From positions 62,001-126,000 of IMG/VR virus record IMGVR_UViG_3300046507_000773: 64,000 nucleotides of DNA; one strand, written 5' to 3'. Below are positions 38,138 through 49,300 of the stretch, piece by piece. The notes beneath the pieces were generated by a model. It was not told the DNA's origin. It worked only from the letters and a program-made list of their open reading frames with translations, and ran no database searches. Every line of letters begins with the position of its first letter. Positions within the stretch are counted from its first letter, which is position 1. A program made the translations under genes and the position numbers.

Positions 38138-38536
38138 ATGTCGGAAGAAACCATCAACGCCAATGCTGACCTGCGCAAAAGCATCTCCAGCGTCTTCGCC
38201 TTTTACGCACAACCGAATCCGGATGCCTGGCTGACGATCCTGTCGCCGGTCGACCACGAGGAAATCGAAAAGGCCATGGCAAGCTGCGACGTCATGTACC
38301 AGCGCTTCGTCATCAACCGCGCCCTGCGCAATGTCCTGGGTCGTGCCCGCCTGGCTGGCATCGATACCTACAACGCCCAGTGGTGCCTGATCGAGAACGA
38401 CACCACCGATCGCTGGCTGCACCTGTTCAAGGACTCGACTGCCAAGTGCATCATCCGTCACTCGCTGTGCGGCATGAGCGCTGAAGTGAACGTCAACGCC
38501 AACCTGATCCCGCGCGAAACCGCGATGGCATTCTAA
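38138..38536 (+). CDS. Conserved hypothetical protein
   Basis: RBS AAGGA; strong codon bias. Confidence 0.75.
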   Translation: MSEETINANADLRKSISSVFAFYAQPNPDAWLTILSPVDHEEIEKAMASCDVMYQRFVINRALRNVLGRARLAGIDTYNAQWCLIENDTTDRWLHLFKDSTAKCIIRHSLCGMSAEVNVNANLIPRETAMAF

Positions 38537-38612
38537 ATCCCGTGGGGTGATTGCTTTCCTGATCTTATAGTTTTCAAGATCATGCAGCAGTCACCGTCAT
38601 TGGAGAAAAGAA

Positions 38613-39296
38613 TTGAAGAACCGCAAGGAAATCGAGTCCTTCATCCTGAAGGAGATCGACGCTCTTTTGCCGGGTAGCGAGAACAACCAGATCTACAAGA
38701 ACTGGTTGGGCTCCATGTCTGACAAGGAGTTCGATGAGCTTTTGGATCGGCTCGAAAGTGAAGAGAACATTCTGCCGATTATCGCCCCCAATCTGGCTCA
38801 CACCACTGGCGGACCGAAACTGTCGGTAGCACGCAATCTTTTGATTGCAGAACGGCTTGGCCTCAAGCTGTTTGAACGGATCTGGATTGATCCGGGCAAT
38901 GGCGAACCGAAGTACCTGTCCAACGACGAGTACCTCATCATTCCGCTGCCGCTGCGTCGTCAGGCTCAGCTGCTCGTGAAGAAGATGTCGGTGCCAAAAG
39001 ACAACAAGTCCGTGAATGACTTTACCGGCCAGCCCTCAGGCAAGTCGGAAGCTTCCCGTATCTCGTATCCCGAGACGCTGGTCTTGGCTTCCTTCGGCAT
39101 GGAGCAGACGCTCACGGAACTCTTGAAGTATCGTGGTGGCGACATCGACGGCATGCGCGCCATGGATGCTTCCCTGTCCAGAACTGGTGCGGTGAGCATG
39201 AAGTCGCTCGAGCATCTTAACACGAAGCCAGAGTCGACTCGTACGCTGCACAGTCTCTTGACTGGCATGCACTACGATACGACCTTGCTGAAGTAA
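38613..39296 (+). CDS. Virion RNA polymerase beta subunit, C-terminal part (phiKZ gp149-like)
   Basis: RRQAQLL.KK.S.P...TGQPSGKS...ISYPE...ELLKYRGGD corresponds to the beta C-terminal region. Confidence 0.8.
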   Translation: MKNRKEIESFILKEIDALLPGSENNQIYKNWLGSMSDKEFDELLDRLESEENILPIIAPNLAHTTGGPKLSVARNLLIAERLGLKLFERIWIDPGNGEPKYLSNDEYLIIPLPLRRQAQLLVKKMSVPKDNKSVNDFTGQPSGKSEASRISYPETLVLASFGMEQTLTELLKYRGGDIDGMRAMDASLSRTGAVSMKSLEHLNTKPESTRTLHSLLTGMHYDTTLLK

Positions 39297-39306
39297 AGGA
39301 AGTTTT

Positions 39307-39807
39307 ATGTCCCAGGGCCTACCCTTAGACGAAATGAAAGTCGTGGGGGCAATCTTCCAGGAGTCGGTCAACTTCTGCCTGGATAACGCTACCACGGACG
39401 AAGAGAAGAACATCCACGAGTTCTTCCTTCACCTCATCATGGAAGTGCAGCCGGAATCGATGCTGACCAAGCAATCGGTATCGGATTTGCAATTGAAGGT
39501 GTTCAAGAACGAACATGTTCGCAACTTCATGATGCGCTTGTCGTACGTGTTCTATTCCCGCTGGGCCTCGTCGGATGAGCAGATCACCGGCCTGGCACAA
39601 AACCTTTCGCGCGGCTTTACCCAAACGCCGTACATCCAGGGGAATCAGGATGCCATGAGTAACAGTGGTGTTCCTGATGACATCATGAAGCGGATGACCA
39701 CACGTTCTGAAGCACTGGCTCGTCTCTCGGCGAACCCGTGGCTCGTTCTCGTGTGCCTGGTGCCGCTTTTCATGTCCAAAGCAACGTACGCTGCCGCTGC
39801 AGCATAA
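39307..39807 (+). CDS. Hypothetical protein
   Basis: RBS AAGGA; operon with the RNAP subunit. Confidence 0.7.
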   Translation: MSQGLPLDEMKVVGAIFQESVNFCLDNATTDEEKNIHEFFLHLIMEVQPESMLTKQSVSDLQLKVFKNEHVRNFMMRLSYVFYSRWASSDEQITGLAQNLSRGFTQTPYIQGNQDAMSNSGVPDDIMKRMTTRSEALARLSANPWLVLVCLVPLFMSKATYAAAAA

Positions 39808-39838
39808 CGGGGGAGCCTACGGGCTCCCTTTTTTGCCG
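39800..39838. terminator. Terminator, GCATA family
   Basis: CAGCATAA-CG-GGGGAGCC TACG GGCTCCC-TTTTTTGCCG. Confidence 0.75.
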
Positions 39839-39848
39839 ATAACTCATT

Positions 39849-40604
39849 ATGACGACCAAATTCAAATACAGTGGCTTCATGGTGCCGCTGGACGTTATCC
39901 TCGATACACGTCTGGGAACCATTGCCAAGCACGACCCCGCTCTTGCTCAAGAGCTTGCTGCTTCGGATTATCGTAACCGCAAGAACGATAACTTCGGCCG
40001 CATGGACAGGAAAACGTTTGCTGAAGCGTACAAGAAGCGTGACAAGGAAACGTTGCAGCATTCTGTCGTAACTGGTATTCTGCCCGTGCTGCGAGACATC
40101 ATCCAAAGTGCAGCGCTGTCCTCCGGTCAAGATAAGAGTGTGCACCCAGAGATGCCTAAGCTCTACATCAACCTCTATCCGTACGTTCTGGACGAAGAGG
40201 AAGAAAAGGAACTGGGCATGATCCTCGTGAACCTCATCCGGACCGACAGCATCGAGATCGAACTCTTCAATGCAAGTCCTGAAGAACTGACGCCGGAGTA
40301 TTGCCTGGAGCGCTTTAACTTCATGGTGATGTACAGCGACTACAACGCCTGGATGGATTTGCACCGGTACGAACTCTTCAAGAAGAAGTACTGCCACATT
40401 GTCCTTTTCGCACCAGCGCTCTTTGACAACGAGCTGCCAAGTGAACAAGCGGTGGTGGACACGGTGAAAAGCGTCGGCCTGCATCCGCTGGAGATGCTCG
40501 AGCAGACTGCGAAAGAACTGATCGACTTGACCTTGATCGACGTCAAGTATTTCTCGATCCGGGAACTGGGCGGCATAAACGAGGACCCGCAGGTCCCCGC
40601 TTAA
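39849..40604 (+). CDS. Conserved phiKZ-like hypothetical protein
   Basis: Motifs LDVILDTRLGT, INLYPY and LFAPALF; degenerate HAD-like start. Confidence 0.7.
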   Translation: MTTKFKYSGFMVPLDVILDTRLGTIAKHDPALAQELAASDYRNRKNDNFGRMDRKTFAEAYKKRDKETLQHSVVTGILPVLRDIIQSAALSSGQDKSVHPEMPKLYINLYPYVLDEEEEKELGMILVNLIRTDSIEIELFNASPEELTPEYCLERFNFMVMYSDYNAWMDLHRYELFKKKYCHIVLFAPALFDNELPSEQAVVDTVKSVGLHPLEMLEQTAKELIDLTLIDVKYFSIRELGGINEDPQVPA

Positions 40605-40605
40605 G

Positions 40606-41034
40606 TCAGGCCACTTGCCGCGTTGCACGGCGCGCCATGAATTCCTCCATGGAGTCTTGCTGGGTGCGAATGTCCATCTCGCCCGGCACGATCGACACTG
40701 GTTCGAGGTCGTCAGGCAGCGTTGGGATTTCACGCTCCACAGGTTCACGGGACTGATAGGGTTTGGCACCACCGACGCCAGTGAGAACCTCGGCGATGAG
40801 CTTCGCAGTCTTTGCGTTCTCATTGGCAGCGCGGTCTTCGATGACCAGGCGTTTCTTGTTGATGACTTGTTTGTCGATCCCGTCCAGTGCCTTCAAGGCA
40901 TTGGAGATGTTCTTGGGATCGTTCTGCATGGGATCAATTGCCAGGAGCTGAGTTGCCAGCTTACGACGAGCGCGAAGAGTATAGTCAAGTGCTTCGTCGT
41001 CCGGGTTGATCACCGGAGCTTCTACGGTGGACAT
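40606..41034 (-). CDS. Conserved hypothetical protein
   Basis: RBS AAGGA; helical protein ending in a VPGEMD motif. Confidence 0.7.
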   Translation of the reverse strand: MSTVEAPVINPDDEALDYTLRARRKLATQLLAIDPMQNDPKNISNALKALDGIDKQVINKKRLVIEDRAANENAKTAKLIAEVLTGVGGAKPYQSREPVEREIPTLPDDLEPVSIVPGEMDIRTQQDSMEEFMARRATRQVA

Positions 41035-41103
41035 GATGTTTCCTTGAATAAAACTGTTGGACGAGAAAGGATCGCACTAAGAAAAAATTACGGGACTCGC
41101 TTA

Positions 41104-41134
41104 TAAATTAGTTTGATCACATATCATCAATGTG
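41104..41134 (+). promoter_or_regulatory. Candidate phage promoter (ACATAT-N7-GTG)
   Basis: Divergent intergenic region; core ACATATCATCAATGTG. Confidence 0.5.
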
Positions 41135-41190
41135 TACTTCTTCCCGGAGTGCAATATTTTGTTCCCACAAACCTTACATGGAGGGCCTTA

Positions 41191-41700
41191 ATGTGGCTGG
41201 TTAATCTCTACCGCAAGTTCAGGAAGCCGCCGGAAGTACCTGCTAAACCACAACCTGTTGCTGAGCTGACGCCGCGTCTGCAATGCTTAGATACTGTGGA
41301 AAAGCTCAATCCGGATGTCTTCTCTCTGTACGAGGTAGATTCAGGACAAGCGGTTTTCGTCCGTCCACAGTTCGACAACATCGAATTGTACGCAGAGAAG
41401 TTGCGTGAGGCGGCAGTGTTGATTGAACGCAATCGGCCAATCCGAAATGACTGGGTGCCAAAGGAAGGTCAGCGCATTAGCGTCGACGCTTTCTTGGTTT
41501 CAAAGGAAGGCTATTACCTCGATTACTTTAAAGCCGTGGGACGCTTTAAGGAAGCAGCAGAAGCATTTTGCAAGGTAATGGAAAGAACGGATGACGTCTC
41601 GTACGGGGTCCAAGAGCACAACGGTCGAATGCTCTATAAACTCGTGGTCAATGTCAAGGAAGTTTCTGAAGCATTGAACGAAGTGGCTGAAATGAACTAA
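41191..41700 (+). CDS. Hypothetical protein
   Basis: RBS GGAGG before ATG 41191. Confidence 0.7.
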   Translation: MWLVNLYRKFRKPPEVPAKPQPVAELTPRLQCLDTVEKLNPDVFSLYEVDSGQAVFVRPQFDNIELYAEKLREAAVLIERNRPIRNDWVPKEGQRISVDAFLVSKEGYYLDYFKAVGRFKEAAEAFCKVMERTDDVSYGVQEHNGRMLYKLVVNVKEVSEALNEVAEMN

Positions 41701-41742
41701 TTCGAAACGTCTTTACGTTAGAAACAATTAAGGGATTTGTTT

Positions 41743-42222
41743 ATGGCAAAGAATCCAATGATGAAACTACTGAGCGCCCCCGATAAGGGCATCAGTCAAA
41801 CGCACGGGCCTAACGGCATCCTCGCACGTCTCTTTCGTACGATCCTGTACGACGAAGACATAACTCCATTTCGTTACATGGATCTCATGGATGCATTTAT
41901 CCGTGAGGGTCAAAGCGGCGTACCTGTCAACCGCGTAGACCTAACCAGCTGGCGAGGCAACCTGACAAAAGAGCTCGGCAAAGAGCAGATGTCATGGAAG
42001 GTGTTTTGCAAGGCCTTACGGTTCTTGCAGATCATCAAGATCGAATTCCAGATCACCGCGTACTGGAAGAAAGGAAAAGTCACCAAGCACGCAACTTGGG
42101 TAGACTTCGGCTCAAAAGAAGCCCTGAATGAACTTAACAAACCTGAGGACGATTCTTCAAGTGACGACAACGCGCAGTACAAACTTCCTCTTGACTACCA
42201 TGGGGACGATGAATACAGCTAA
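41743..42222 (+). CDS. Conserved phiKZ-like hypothetical protein
   Basis: Motifs GILARLFR, RGNL.KEL and MSWKVF.KAL.FL. Confidence 0.7.
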   Translation: MAKNPMMKLLSAPDKGISQTHGPNGILARLFRTILYDEDITPFRYMDLMDAFIREGQSGVPVNRVDLTSWRGNLTKELGKEQMSWKVFCKALRFLQIIKIEFQITAYWKKGKVTKHATWVDFGSKEALNELNKPEDDSSSDDNAQYKLPLDYHGDDEYS

Positions 42223-42266
42223 CCGGACACTTTCGTTCTTCTCGTTAAATCATTGAGGCAGGAATC

Positions 42267-42758
42267 ATGGTAGAAAAAGTTAAACCAGAAATCGACGACA
42301 ACGACGACGGCAAAAAGTTCATCAACATTTATTCGAAAGGACGCACCAAACTCGGTAAGATGCTCTCGCACTTTTACCACTCGCCGTTTGAACACCCGAC
42401 CTTAAAGCATTTCAATTCTATGGAAGGCTTCTGGCACTACGTCGGTGGCGACGTCAAAGACGAACGCCTGCGTACCGTGCCTGGCTGGCAAGCAAAGAAG
42501 ATCGGCAAAGACATCACCAAGAGTTACAAGGCCGACTTCCAGAAGCTCATCATGGAAGGTAACCGCTGCAAGATTGAAGCCAACGAAGAGCTCAAGAAAC
42601 TCTTCATCGAATCCACTTTGCCGTTCGTTCACTACTACGTGGCGGACAACGGCTGGATCGTGAAGCCAAAAGCACAAGAATGGCTCTGCCATGGCTTTGA
42701 AACGCTGCGGAATCAAATGCGTGCGGAAGCAGGTCTTGCTCCGCTGTTTAACACCTAG
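42267..42758 (+). CDS. NADAR-like protein
   Basis: LSHFYHSPF...FNSMEGFWH...AKKIGK...KIEANEELKKLFIEST resembles the NADAR motif order. Confidence 0.5.
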   Translation: MVEKVKPEIDDNDDGKKFINIYSKGRTKLGKMLSHFYHSPFEHPTLKHFNSMEGFWHYVGGDVKDERLRTVPGWQAKKIGKDITKSYKADFQKLIMEGNRCKIEANEELKKLFIESTLPFVHYYVADNGWIVKPKAQEWLCHGFETLRNQMRAEAGLAPLFNT

Positions 42759-42824
42759 TACTTCATCCGATTCCGGGTGAAGTACTAAAAAGGGAGAGGC
42801 TTCGGCCTCTCTTCTTTTTTTTTT
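42756..42824 (+). terminator. Tandem hairpins ending in an intrinsic terminator
   Basis: TAGTACTTCATCCG/CGGGTGAAGTACTA stem, then GGAGAGGC-TTCG-GCCTCTCT followed by a T-run. Confidence 0.8.
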
Positions 42825-42839
42825 GCTCGGGATAGGATT

Positions 42840-44183
42840 ATGGCCGGACCATTTGCACAAAGTGCGTTCTCAACAGGACCCAATGACGACTACCGTACAG
42901 TAGACGTCTACAAGCAAGACGGTAAGAACGTTATCTCCAGTTATACCGATCGCTCCACGGCTCCGTCGACTTCGGGCCTGGGTAGTCTCTTCGGTAGCAA
43001 TCCACTGCCGAGTTTGAATCTCGACACGAAGACGGCACTGGAAGTATCAAAGAATGCCCTGACATACGGCAAGAGCATTGCAAGCGGTACTGACACCAAG
43101 AGCATGCTAGACCGTGCTGTGGGTGGTTTGGGCATGGCGGGTTCAGCACTTCGTAATGCATCACCCAGTTTGCAAAAGTCGCTTCTGGGTGGCATTGGTG
43201 ATGTGCAAAGCATTTATGCCCAAGTCGGCAATACCGTCTCCCGTATCAAGAGTGGTAACTTGCCCGATATCCGTAGCGTTGCGGATATCATCAACAAAGC
43301 GGCAGGCGCTGGTGCTACTGGCATTCCTCTCATCAACATCAATGACCAGAACTCCACACTGGGCATGGCAGCTGGTCTCATCCAGCAAGCAACGCGTAGT
43401 GGCATCCCTAAGTCGTTTAGCGCACTGACGACGAACCTCATTTCTAACCCGACCCAAATCGCAGGCCTTATCAACAAGGTCTTGCCATCGGTGACGAAGT
43501 CGAGTGACGTCTTCACGCTGAAAGAAATGGCACTGGTTCAGCCGTCTGCGATCAAGCTGGCCAATCCAGACATCTTGTCGGACTTCTCGTTTAACTACAA
43601 GGCAGACGACGGTACGACGCAAGTAGCGAAGATGGAAGCCTTTGGTGCGGTTAAGGAAACCTATTCCGCGATCGATCCGAACTGGCTTAGTTGCCCAGCG
43701 CGTGAAGGTGGCAATGTAGTTGACGTAAGCAAGATTTCTGGTGCTTCGTCTGACTTCAAAGACATGCTTCAAACGGGCGCTCTGAATAGCACCGACATTG
43801 CTGACAAAGTGTTCTTGATGGACACGTCTCCTTCGAAGTACCTGGGGAGCATTGGCGGGTCAGTCGCTAACCAAGGAACGCCTTCGGTGCGGGATCAGCT
43901 CAACACGCTTTTCCCAGCAGCGGCAGTAGGACAAACACGTGCTTCTGAAACGCCTGTGCTCTCTCCTGGTCAAGCCGGCATGAAAGCAGAAGTAGAAGAG
44001 TACGACGTTGCAGCCTACAAGGCTGGTGGTGGAACTTCGAAGATTAAACGTACGACCAATCCCGATGGTAGCTACACCATCGAGACTTCGTACATCTATC
44101 AAGGTTCAGTCAATCACATCACAACTGAAATCTTCGATTCAAGCGGCCAACGCATTTCGAAAACGGAACGCGACCTGGATTAA
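42840..44183 (+). CDS. Virion (tail) structural protein candidate
   Basis: N-terminal F.TGP.D...VDVY motif of phiKZ-like structural proteins; Gly/Ser-rich. Confidence 0.55.
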   Translation: MAGPFAQSAFSTGPNDDYRTVDVYKQDGKNVISSYTDRSTAPSTSGLGSLFGSNPLPSLNLDTKTALEVSKNALTYGKSIASGTDTKSMLDRAVGGLGMAGSALRNASPSLQKSLLGGIGDVQSIYAQVGNTVSRIKSGNLPDIRSVADIINKAAGAGATGIPLININDQNSTLGMAAGLIQQATRSGIPKSFSALTTNLISNPTQIAGLINKVLPSVTKSSDVFTLKEMALVQPSAIKLANPDILSDFSFNYKADDGTTQVAKMEAFGAVKETYSAIDPNWLSCPAREGGNVVDVSKISGASSDFKDMLQTGALNSTDIADKVFLMDTSPSKYLGSIGGSVANQGTPSVRDQLNTLFPAAAVGQTRASETPVLSPGQAGMKAEVEEYDVAAYKAGGGTSKIKRTTNPDGSYTIETSYIYQGSVNHITTEIFDSSGQRISKTERDLD

Positions 44184-44185
44184 TA

Positions 44186-44226
44186 CGGCATATTACCCCA
44201 CCCCAAAAGGGTGGGGCTTTATGCTG
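44186..44226. terminator. Bidirectional terminator, GCATA/TTTATG family
   Basis: CGGCATATTA-CCCCACCC CAAAA GGGTGGGG-CTTTATGCTG. Confidence 0.8.
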
Positions 44227-44228
44227 CT

Positions 44229-46268
44229 TTACCGCTCAGTACCTTTGTAGATCGCGGACCAGAGACGGGCAGGAGGTAAGTCACTTGCAAAGTTCAGCAT
44301 GTGCGTCACAGAGTAAGCACTCTTCCATTCCGCCAGCATCATCGTTGCCCGCATCTTGAGTTTCCTCATGCCATAGATCTGATCTGCAAGACCCACGCCA
44401 GCGATTACGTTCAAGTAGTCGCTAAAGATCGTGTCGTCGTCGAAGAGCTTAGCCACCGACGTAACGGCATTCACCACCGTATCAGCTGCCGCACCCACAC
44501 CAGCACCGACTGCAGCGCCTGCTGCGGAACCTGCTGCGGCGCCAGCGACTGCACCTGGCACACCTGCTGCCACTCCAATCCCCGCTCCTGCAACACCACC
44601 AGCAACAGCACCTGCTTTACCCAGCGTCTTGGCGATACTGAAGTCCAAGCCTTCCGAGATCGGCATGTGCATGATGGAGGAGAGATCCTTCACGCCGAAC
44701 GTGATTTCCATCCCCATCGAGTGACCCAGGTTGTTAAAGCCCAGGTTACCCTTACCGCGAGTGATCGTCATCGAGTCGATAATGCCCAGACGCGTTTGTG
44801 CGCGACCTTGGTCATAGAGCTCAACCAAGAACGGCGACGTGTACGAGTGCTTACCGGCCGACAACGGAAGCGCACCAGCGAGAAGCATGGCGAACGGGAT
44901 GTAGATGTTGATGAGCTGACTGATCGGGTTACCATACGGGCTCACCAGATCGATCGTGTAGTTCATCGTGGGAAGCTGCGCTGCTGACGATTGCCACTGC
45001 TGTGGAATGTCAACGAACGCTGCACCACCGAGAACAGCAAGACCCGACAAGCCCAACTGGTCTGCTGCACCTTTCACCACCGCTTTGGCTGCACCAAAGA
45101 CTGCGCCGAGCATTTGCGATGCGACGTCGTCACTGATGTTACCGTTAGCGAAGTTGAAGTTGGTACTACGAGATGCACTTGCCATGCCATTGATCTTGCT
45201 AGCGATCTCCGACTCACCCGTTTGGCTCGAGAACGATTCACTCACGGTACCGGTGTAGTTCACTCGGAACGAAGCGAACTGGGAGCCGTCGTTAAGCTCT
45301 GCGTCCAAGAATTCAGCAAAGCCAGCGGGAGCCGAGTTACCAACGGCGCCTTCTGCACTGTCACCTGCCTTGGGTGCCGAGAAGTCACTCTCCATCCATT
45401 TGTCGATGTAGGAAGAGAACTGCGGCTTTTGATCCACCAGCATCTGGTTGTGAATGCCCGCCACTTCATTCCAGATGTTGTCGCTCGAGACTTCGTTGAG
45501 CAACTTCTGTCGACGATAGGCAAGCCGCTGTGCACGGTTAGCCAGAGCGTAGACGTCGATCTGTCCGCCTTCGGTGATGATGTCAGGCAGAAGCTTGTGA
45601 AGGCGTGCCAGGGCATTTGCATCGAAGTCGTATTCGCCACCCATGCGGTTACCTTCTTTGTCCGTTGCACTACCCAGACGAGGAATGATACCACGGTTGA
45701 CCGCGATCTGGTTGACCATGGTTTGCACGGCGTTCCAGTAAAGCGGCATGGTGGGTTTCAGATAGTAGAACTTCGTCGAGGGCTTGTTGAGGGCATAACG
45801 AAGAAGCTTACCGGAAATGAACCCGACAGCGAGAAGCGGCCAGAACGAAACTTGTACCACGAGACCGATGGCGCGGCCTACGAGATAGAACGCTTTTTCC
45901 ACACGGCCAGTGCGGGCAAGCTGTCCTGCTTGGCTGTCGTAGAACTCGGTAAAGAACGTACGCAGCGAATTGAATGCGGGGACACCGAAACGCATGTGGA
46001 TGACTTGGCTATTGTCATCGATCGCTTCACTGTAGTAAGCACCCATGCCTTTGCTGCCAGCGAATTTGCCTTGGACCTTTGGGTCAGCGAAGCGCGTAAA
46101 TTGCGGCGGCGGATTGATTGCGAAGTTACCACCGGGTGTGGTGTCGGTGAACTTCAGACTCGCAGTGGTGAACGTGCGGTTGACTTGGTCAATGCCTTCC
46201 AGATTGGTTTGGCTGACCAAGAAACTTTGTCGTAACCACTTCGAGTCCTTTAAAAGAGGTCCGGACAT
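44229..46268 (-). CDS. Tail/baseplate structural protein (phiKZ gp182-like)
   Basis: KFTDTTPGGNFAINPPPQFTRFAD, GMGAYYSEAIDDN and SPYGNP; downstream of the gp181-like gene. Confidence 0.65.
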   Translation of the reverse strand: MSGPLLKDSKWLRQSFLVSQTNLEGIDQVNRTFTTASLKFTDTTPGGNFAINPPPQFTRFADPKVQGKFAGSKGMGAYYSEAIDDNSQVIHMRFGVPAFNSLRTFFTEFYDSQAGQLARTGRVEKAFYLVGRAIGLVVQVSFWPLLAVGFISGKLLRYALNKPSTKFYYLKPTMPLYWNAVQTMVNQIAVNRGIIPRLGSATDKEGNRMGGEYDFDANALARLHKLLPDIITEGGQIDVYALANRAQRLAYRRQKLLNEVSSDNIWNEVAGIHNQMLVDQKPQFSSYIDKWMESDFSAPKAGDSAEGAVGNSAPAGFAEFLDAELNDGSQFASFRVNYTGTVSESFSSQTGESEIASKINGMASASRSTNFNFANGNISDDVASQMLGAVFGAAKAVVKGAADQLGLSGLAVLGGAAFVDIPQQWQSSAAQLPTMNYTIDLVSPYGNPISQLINIYIPFAMLLAGALPLSAGKHSYTSPFLVELYDQGRAQTRLGIIDSMTITRGKGNLGFNNLGHSMGMEITFGVKDLSSIMHMPISEGLDFSIAKTLGKAGAVAGGVAGAGIGVAAGVPGAVAGAAAGSAAGAAVGAGVGAAADTVVNAVTSVAKLFDDDTIFSDYLNVIAGVGLADQIYGMRKLKMRATMMLAEWKSAYSVTHMLNFASDLPPARLWSAIYKGTER

Positions 46269-46286
46269 CTAATGTTCTCCAAATGA

Positions 46287-46315
46287 AAAGAAGGAGGGGA
46301 GGATTGCTCCCCTCC
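46287..46315 (-). terminator. Intrinsic terminator
   Basis: GGAGGGGAG/CTCCCCTCC stem with a U-rich tail on the minus strand. Confidence 0.7.
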
Positions 46316-46319
46316 CCTC

Positions 46320-49300
46320 TTACGGCCAGTTACGGTTCTTGGCTACCGACACAGGTGGTTGTTGAACCTTCTGCGGTGGTGCTTTGAAGTTACTGGTGTC
46401 GACCGGAGTTTGAGGCGCTTCTTCCTTTGCAGGCTTAGCGTCTTTGCCCCCCAGTCCCATGGCGACCAGTTTGCGCAGTTCTTCGAGCATCAGCTTTTGC
46501 GTTTGCAGCTGCTGATTGCCAACCGAAGTCAGCTCGTCGAAGACCTTGCTCGTGGCTTGTGCTTGGAACCTGTTCTGTTCTTCAACACTTGCCGAGCGTG
46601 GCGTCTGGAAGCCCTGACCCATCGCGCGTGCTGCTGCGTTTGGATCGGAGGCTGCTGCATCTCCAGTAGTAGCTGGAGCGGAGGACTTATCCGTTTTAGC
46701 AGGAGCCGCAGGTTGTGGCACGTTGGCATCGCTACCAATTGGCACGCCTGGCGTTTGCTCGGTCACCTTGAAGCTGCCCACAGGGTTACTCGTCATGCCA
46801 GGTACCGACGGCTTAGCCGACTTATCGTCAGCAGGAGGCGTCGGAGGAGCACTGGTAGTCGAGGCGGTCTGGAGTTTCTCCGAACCATCGTCGACACCGT
46901 AGGCTTTGGCCTGTTTGCGCAGACGGGAATTCATCAGCGCGTAGACCTCGCCCACTGTGCGTGGCGTGTTGCCATTCTTCTGGTCGTAGAAGATCGGGAT
47001 GTTAGCCCGTGCAGCTTTTGGCATCACGTTTGCTGCGATTGCGGACGGATCGCTTCCCAGGAAGGTGCGTGCACCACCAGCGCCCAGGAAGTGAGCAAAA
47101 TACAGGTCGGTGTCGGTCAGCTTACGGTTGACACTGCCTTTGATCTGCTCAGCATTCATCTTCAAGAACTCTGCCGTCATCAGCGCATTTGCACGCGCAT
47201 CAGTAGCAGGCGTATCAGGAGAGATGCCGTACTTGGGACCGAACTTGCCCAGCATGGTTTGCCAGGTGTCGTTGATGAACTGCCCCAGGCCAGTGGCTGA
47301 CGACGTACCGGCTTTAGCGTCAGGATTGAAGCCCGATTCGGTAGCCATGATACTGGCCATCATCACCGGGTCCACACCTGTCATCTTGCCGACAGCCTCC
47401 AGCATGGCCTTCATCGATGCGTAAGTGCCTTTGCCCGTAGGCTTAGGAATCGCATTGATGTCACCGCCCGTACCCTTCCCAGGGTGTTCGACTTCGCGGC
47501 CACCGCCAAAGCCTAAGCTTTGAGCAATGCTACTTGCAGCGCCTTTGATACCAGCGCCGATGTTTGCACCCGCGTTGCCAAACCAACCGCTCTTGGTCTT
47601 GTTGCCATCTTCATCGACGTTGTTAAAGAGACGAGCAAAGAAGCCTGACTTCTGGGTGACGCCGTTTTGCACGACATCCGAAGCGCCCTCTTTGGTCAAG
47701 CCAGATTTCCCTGTCTTGCCCGTTTGCTCATCGAGCTTCATCTGCTGAGCGTTATCTTTCAACGCCTGCAAATTGCCATCGATGGATTTGACATCCGTGT
47801 TGAGTTCGTACCCAGGCCACGGTGACTCGGTAATGGACCAAACCGAAGTAGAGGAGCCATTGTAGTCCGTGTTCGTTGTGTAGATCACGGTACCCACGTC
47901 CAGCTGTTGCTGAGCGTTCAGCGTGTCAGCTGCCACCTTCATGTCGTTTTTACGCGACACTTTCTTCAGTGCAGTTAAGTACTTCAGATAAGTTGGCAAG
48001 AAGCGCTTACTAAACCAGGTCAACCAATCCGACGAATTCCCGTTGGTGGAGCCTGCCACACCAAACCAAGGACCTGCCGTATTGATCGTCTCCTCGATCG
48101 AGCCATTCCATGCTGCAACATCGCCACTGGCGAAGGAGACTTGTGCAAGCACGAGGTTCTCCAGTTTCTGCAACATGCGCACCTTATCGATGCTCAAGTC
48201 TTTCAGACCGTACGTGCGCATCCTCATCGCAGCCAGAGCATCCAGACGTCCTGACGACAGAACATCGCTCATGACTTGCGCCGAAGTCACGGTAACCACT
48301 CCAGAACCGCTCAGAACGGCCCCAGAGGCGTCGAACTTGACATCCTTGATGAGTTTCTGCATGTCAGCCGGTGACGCCTTACGGACGCCATCTGCGGACA
48401 GTACAGGTGCAGCTGCGCCAATGGCAGCGGCGGCCGTTGTTTTGGCAGCCTCAGCAGCAACTCCCTTACCACCGTTCTTGTCGTTCTTTGCAATATCATC
48501 CTGAATTGCTTGGATGGCAGCAGTCACTTCTGGACGGCCAGCTTTCAGCTTCGGCAGATCCATGAACGGGGAAGTCAAGTAGTCGTAAGGACCATCGGGC
48601 ATCTTGACCGCATTGAAATACTGCTTGCGTTCTTCGCCTTTCAAGTCCTCCACGTCACCGAGCTTCTTCTTCATGCCAGCGAGCACACTCATGTGCGCCA
48701 GGAAGATAGGCTTAAAGCGAGAGGCGAACCACGTCACCCAAGGGCCACGTTGTTCTTCGTTGGTCGGGTCAAGACCAAAGTCCGAGATCGCCTTTTTGAG
48801 GTCAACCTTGGTTTGGTCAATGGCAGCTTGTCCACCCGTGAACACCACGTGCTCTGCCAACAGGTCTTCAAGGCCGAACACCTTTTGCAAGTGCTCGCCA
48901 TCGTCGTCCTTGGTAAAGCCGTACTGTGCATAACGCAGTGTACTCATGAGACCAAGCTTTTTCCGGGTCAGGTACTTATATCCGAAGTAGGCTCCAGCAC
49001 CCACGGCTGCAACACCGAGAGCAGTTAAGAGAACAGGCGCGGTCAGGATTGCACCGAGACCCGTTGCGATTGCGCCAGCAGCAGTTGCTGCGCCAGCTGC
49101 GATCGACCCTACACTACCGATGGCCCCCATGGCAAGAGCGCCAGCGCCTTCAAGACCCAGTCCACCCAAGGCCAATGCACCACGCCCGCCCCACATAGCG
49201 GCCCGACCCAGCAAGCCTGCACCACGGGCCCCAACACCCAGAGCACCACGACCGAGCGAAGCAGCACCACGACCAAGAGATCCCAGTCGCGTATTTTTAA

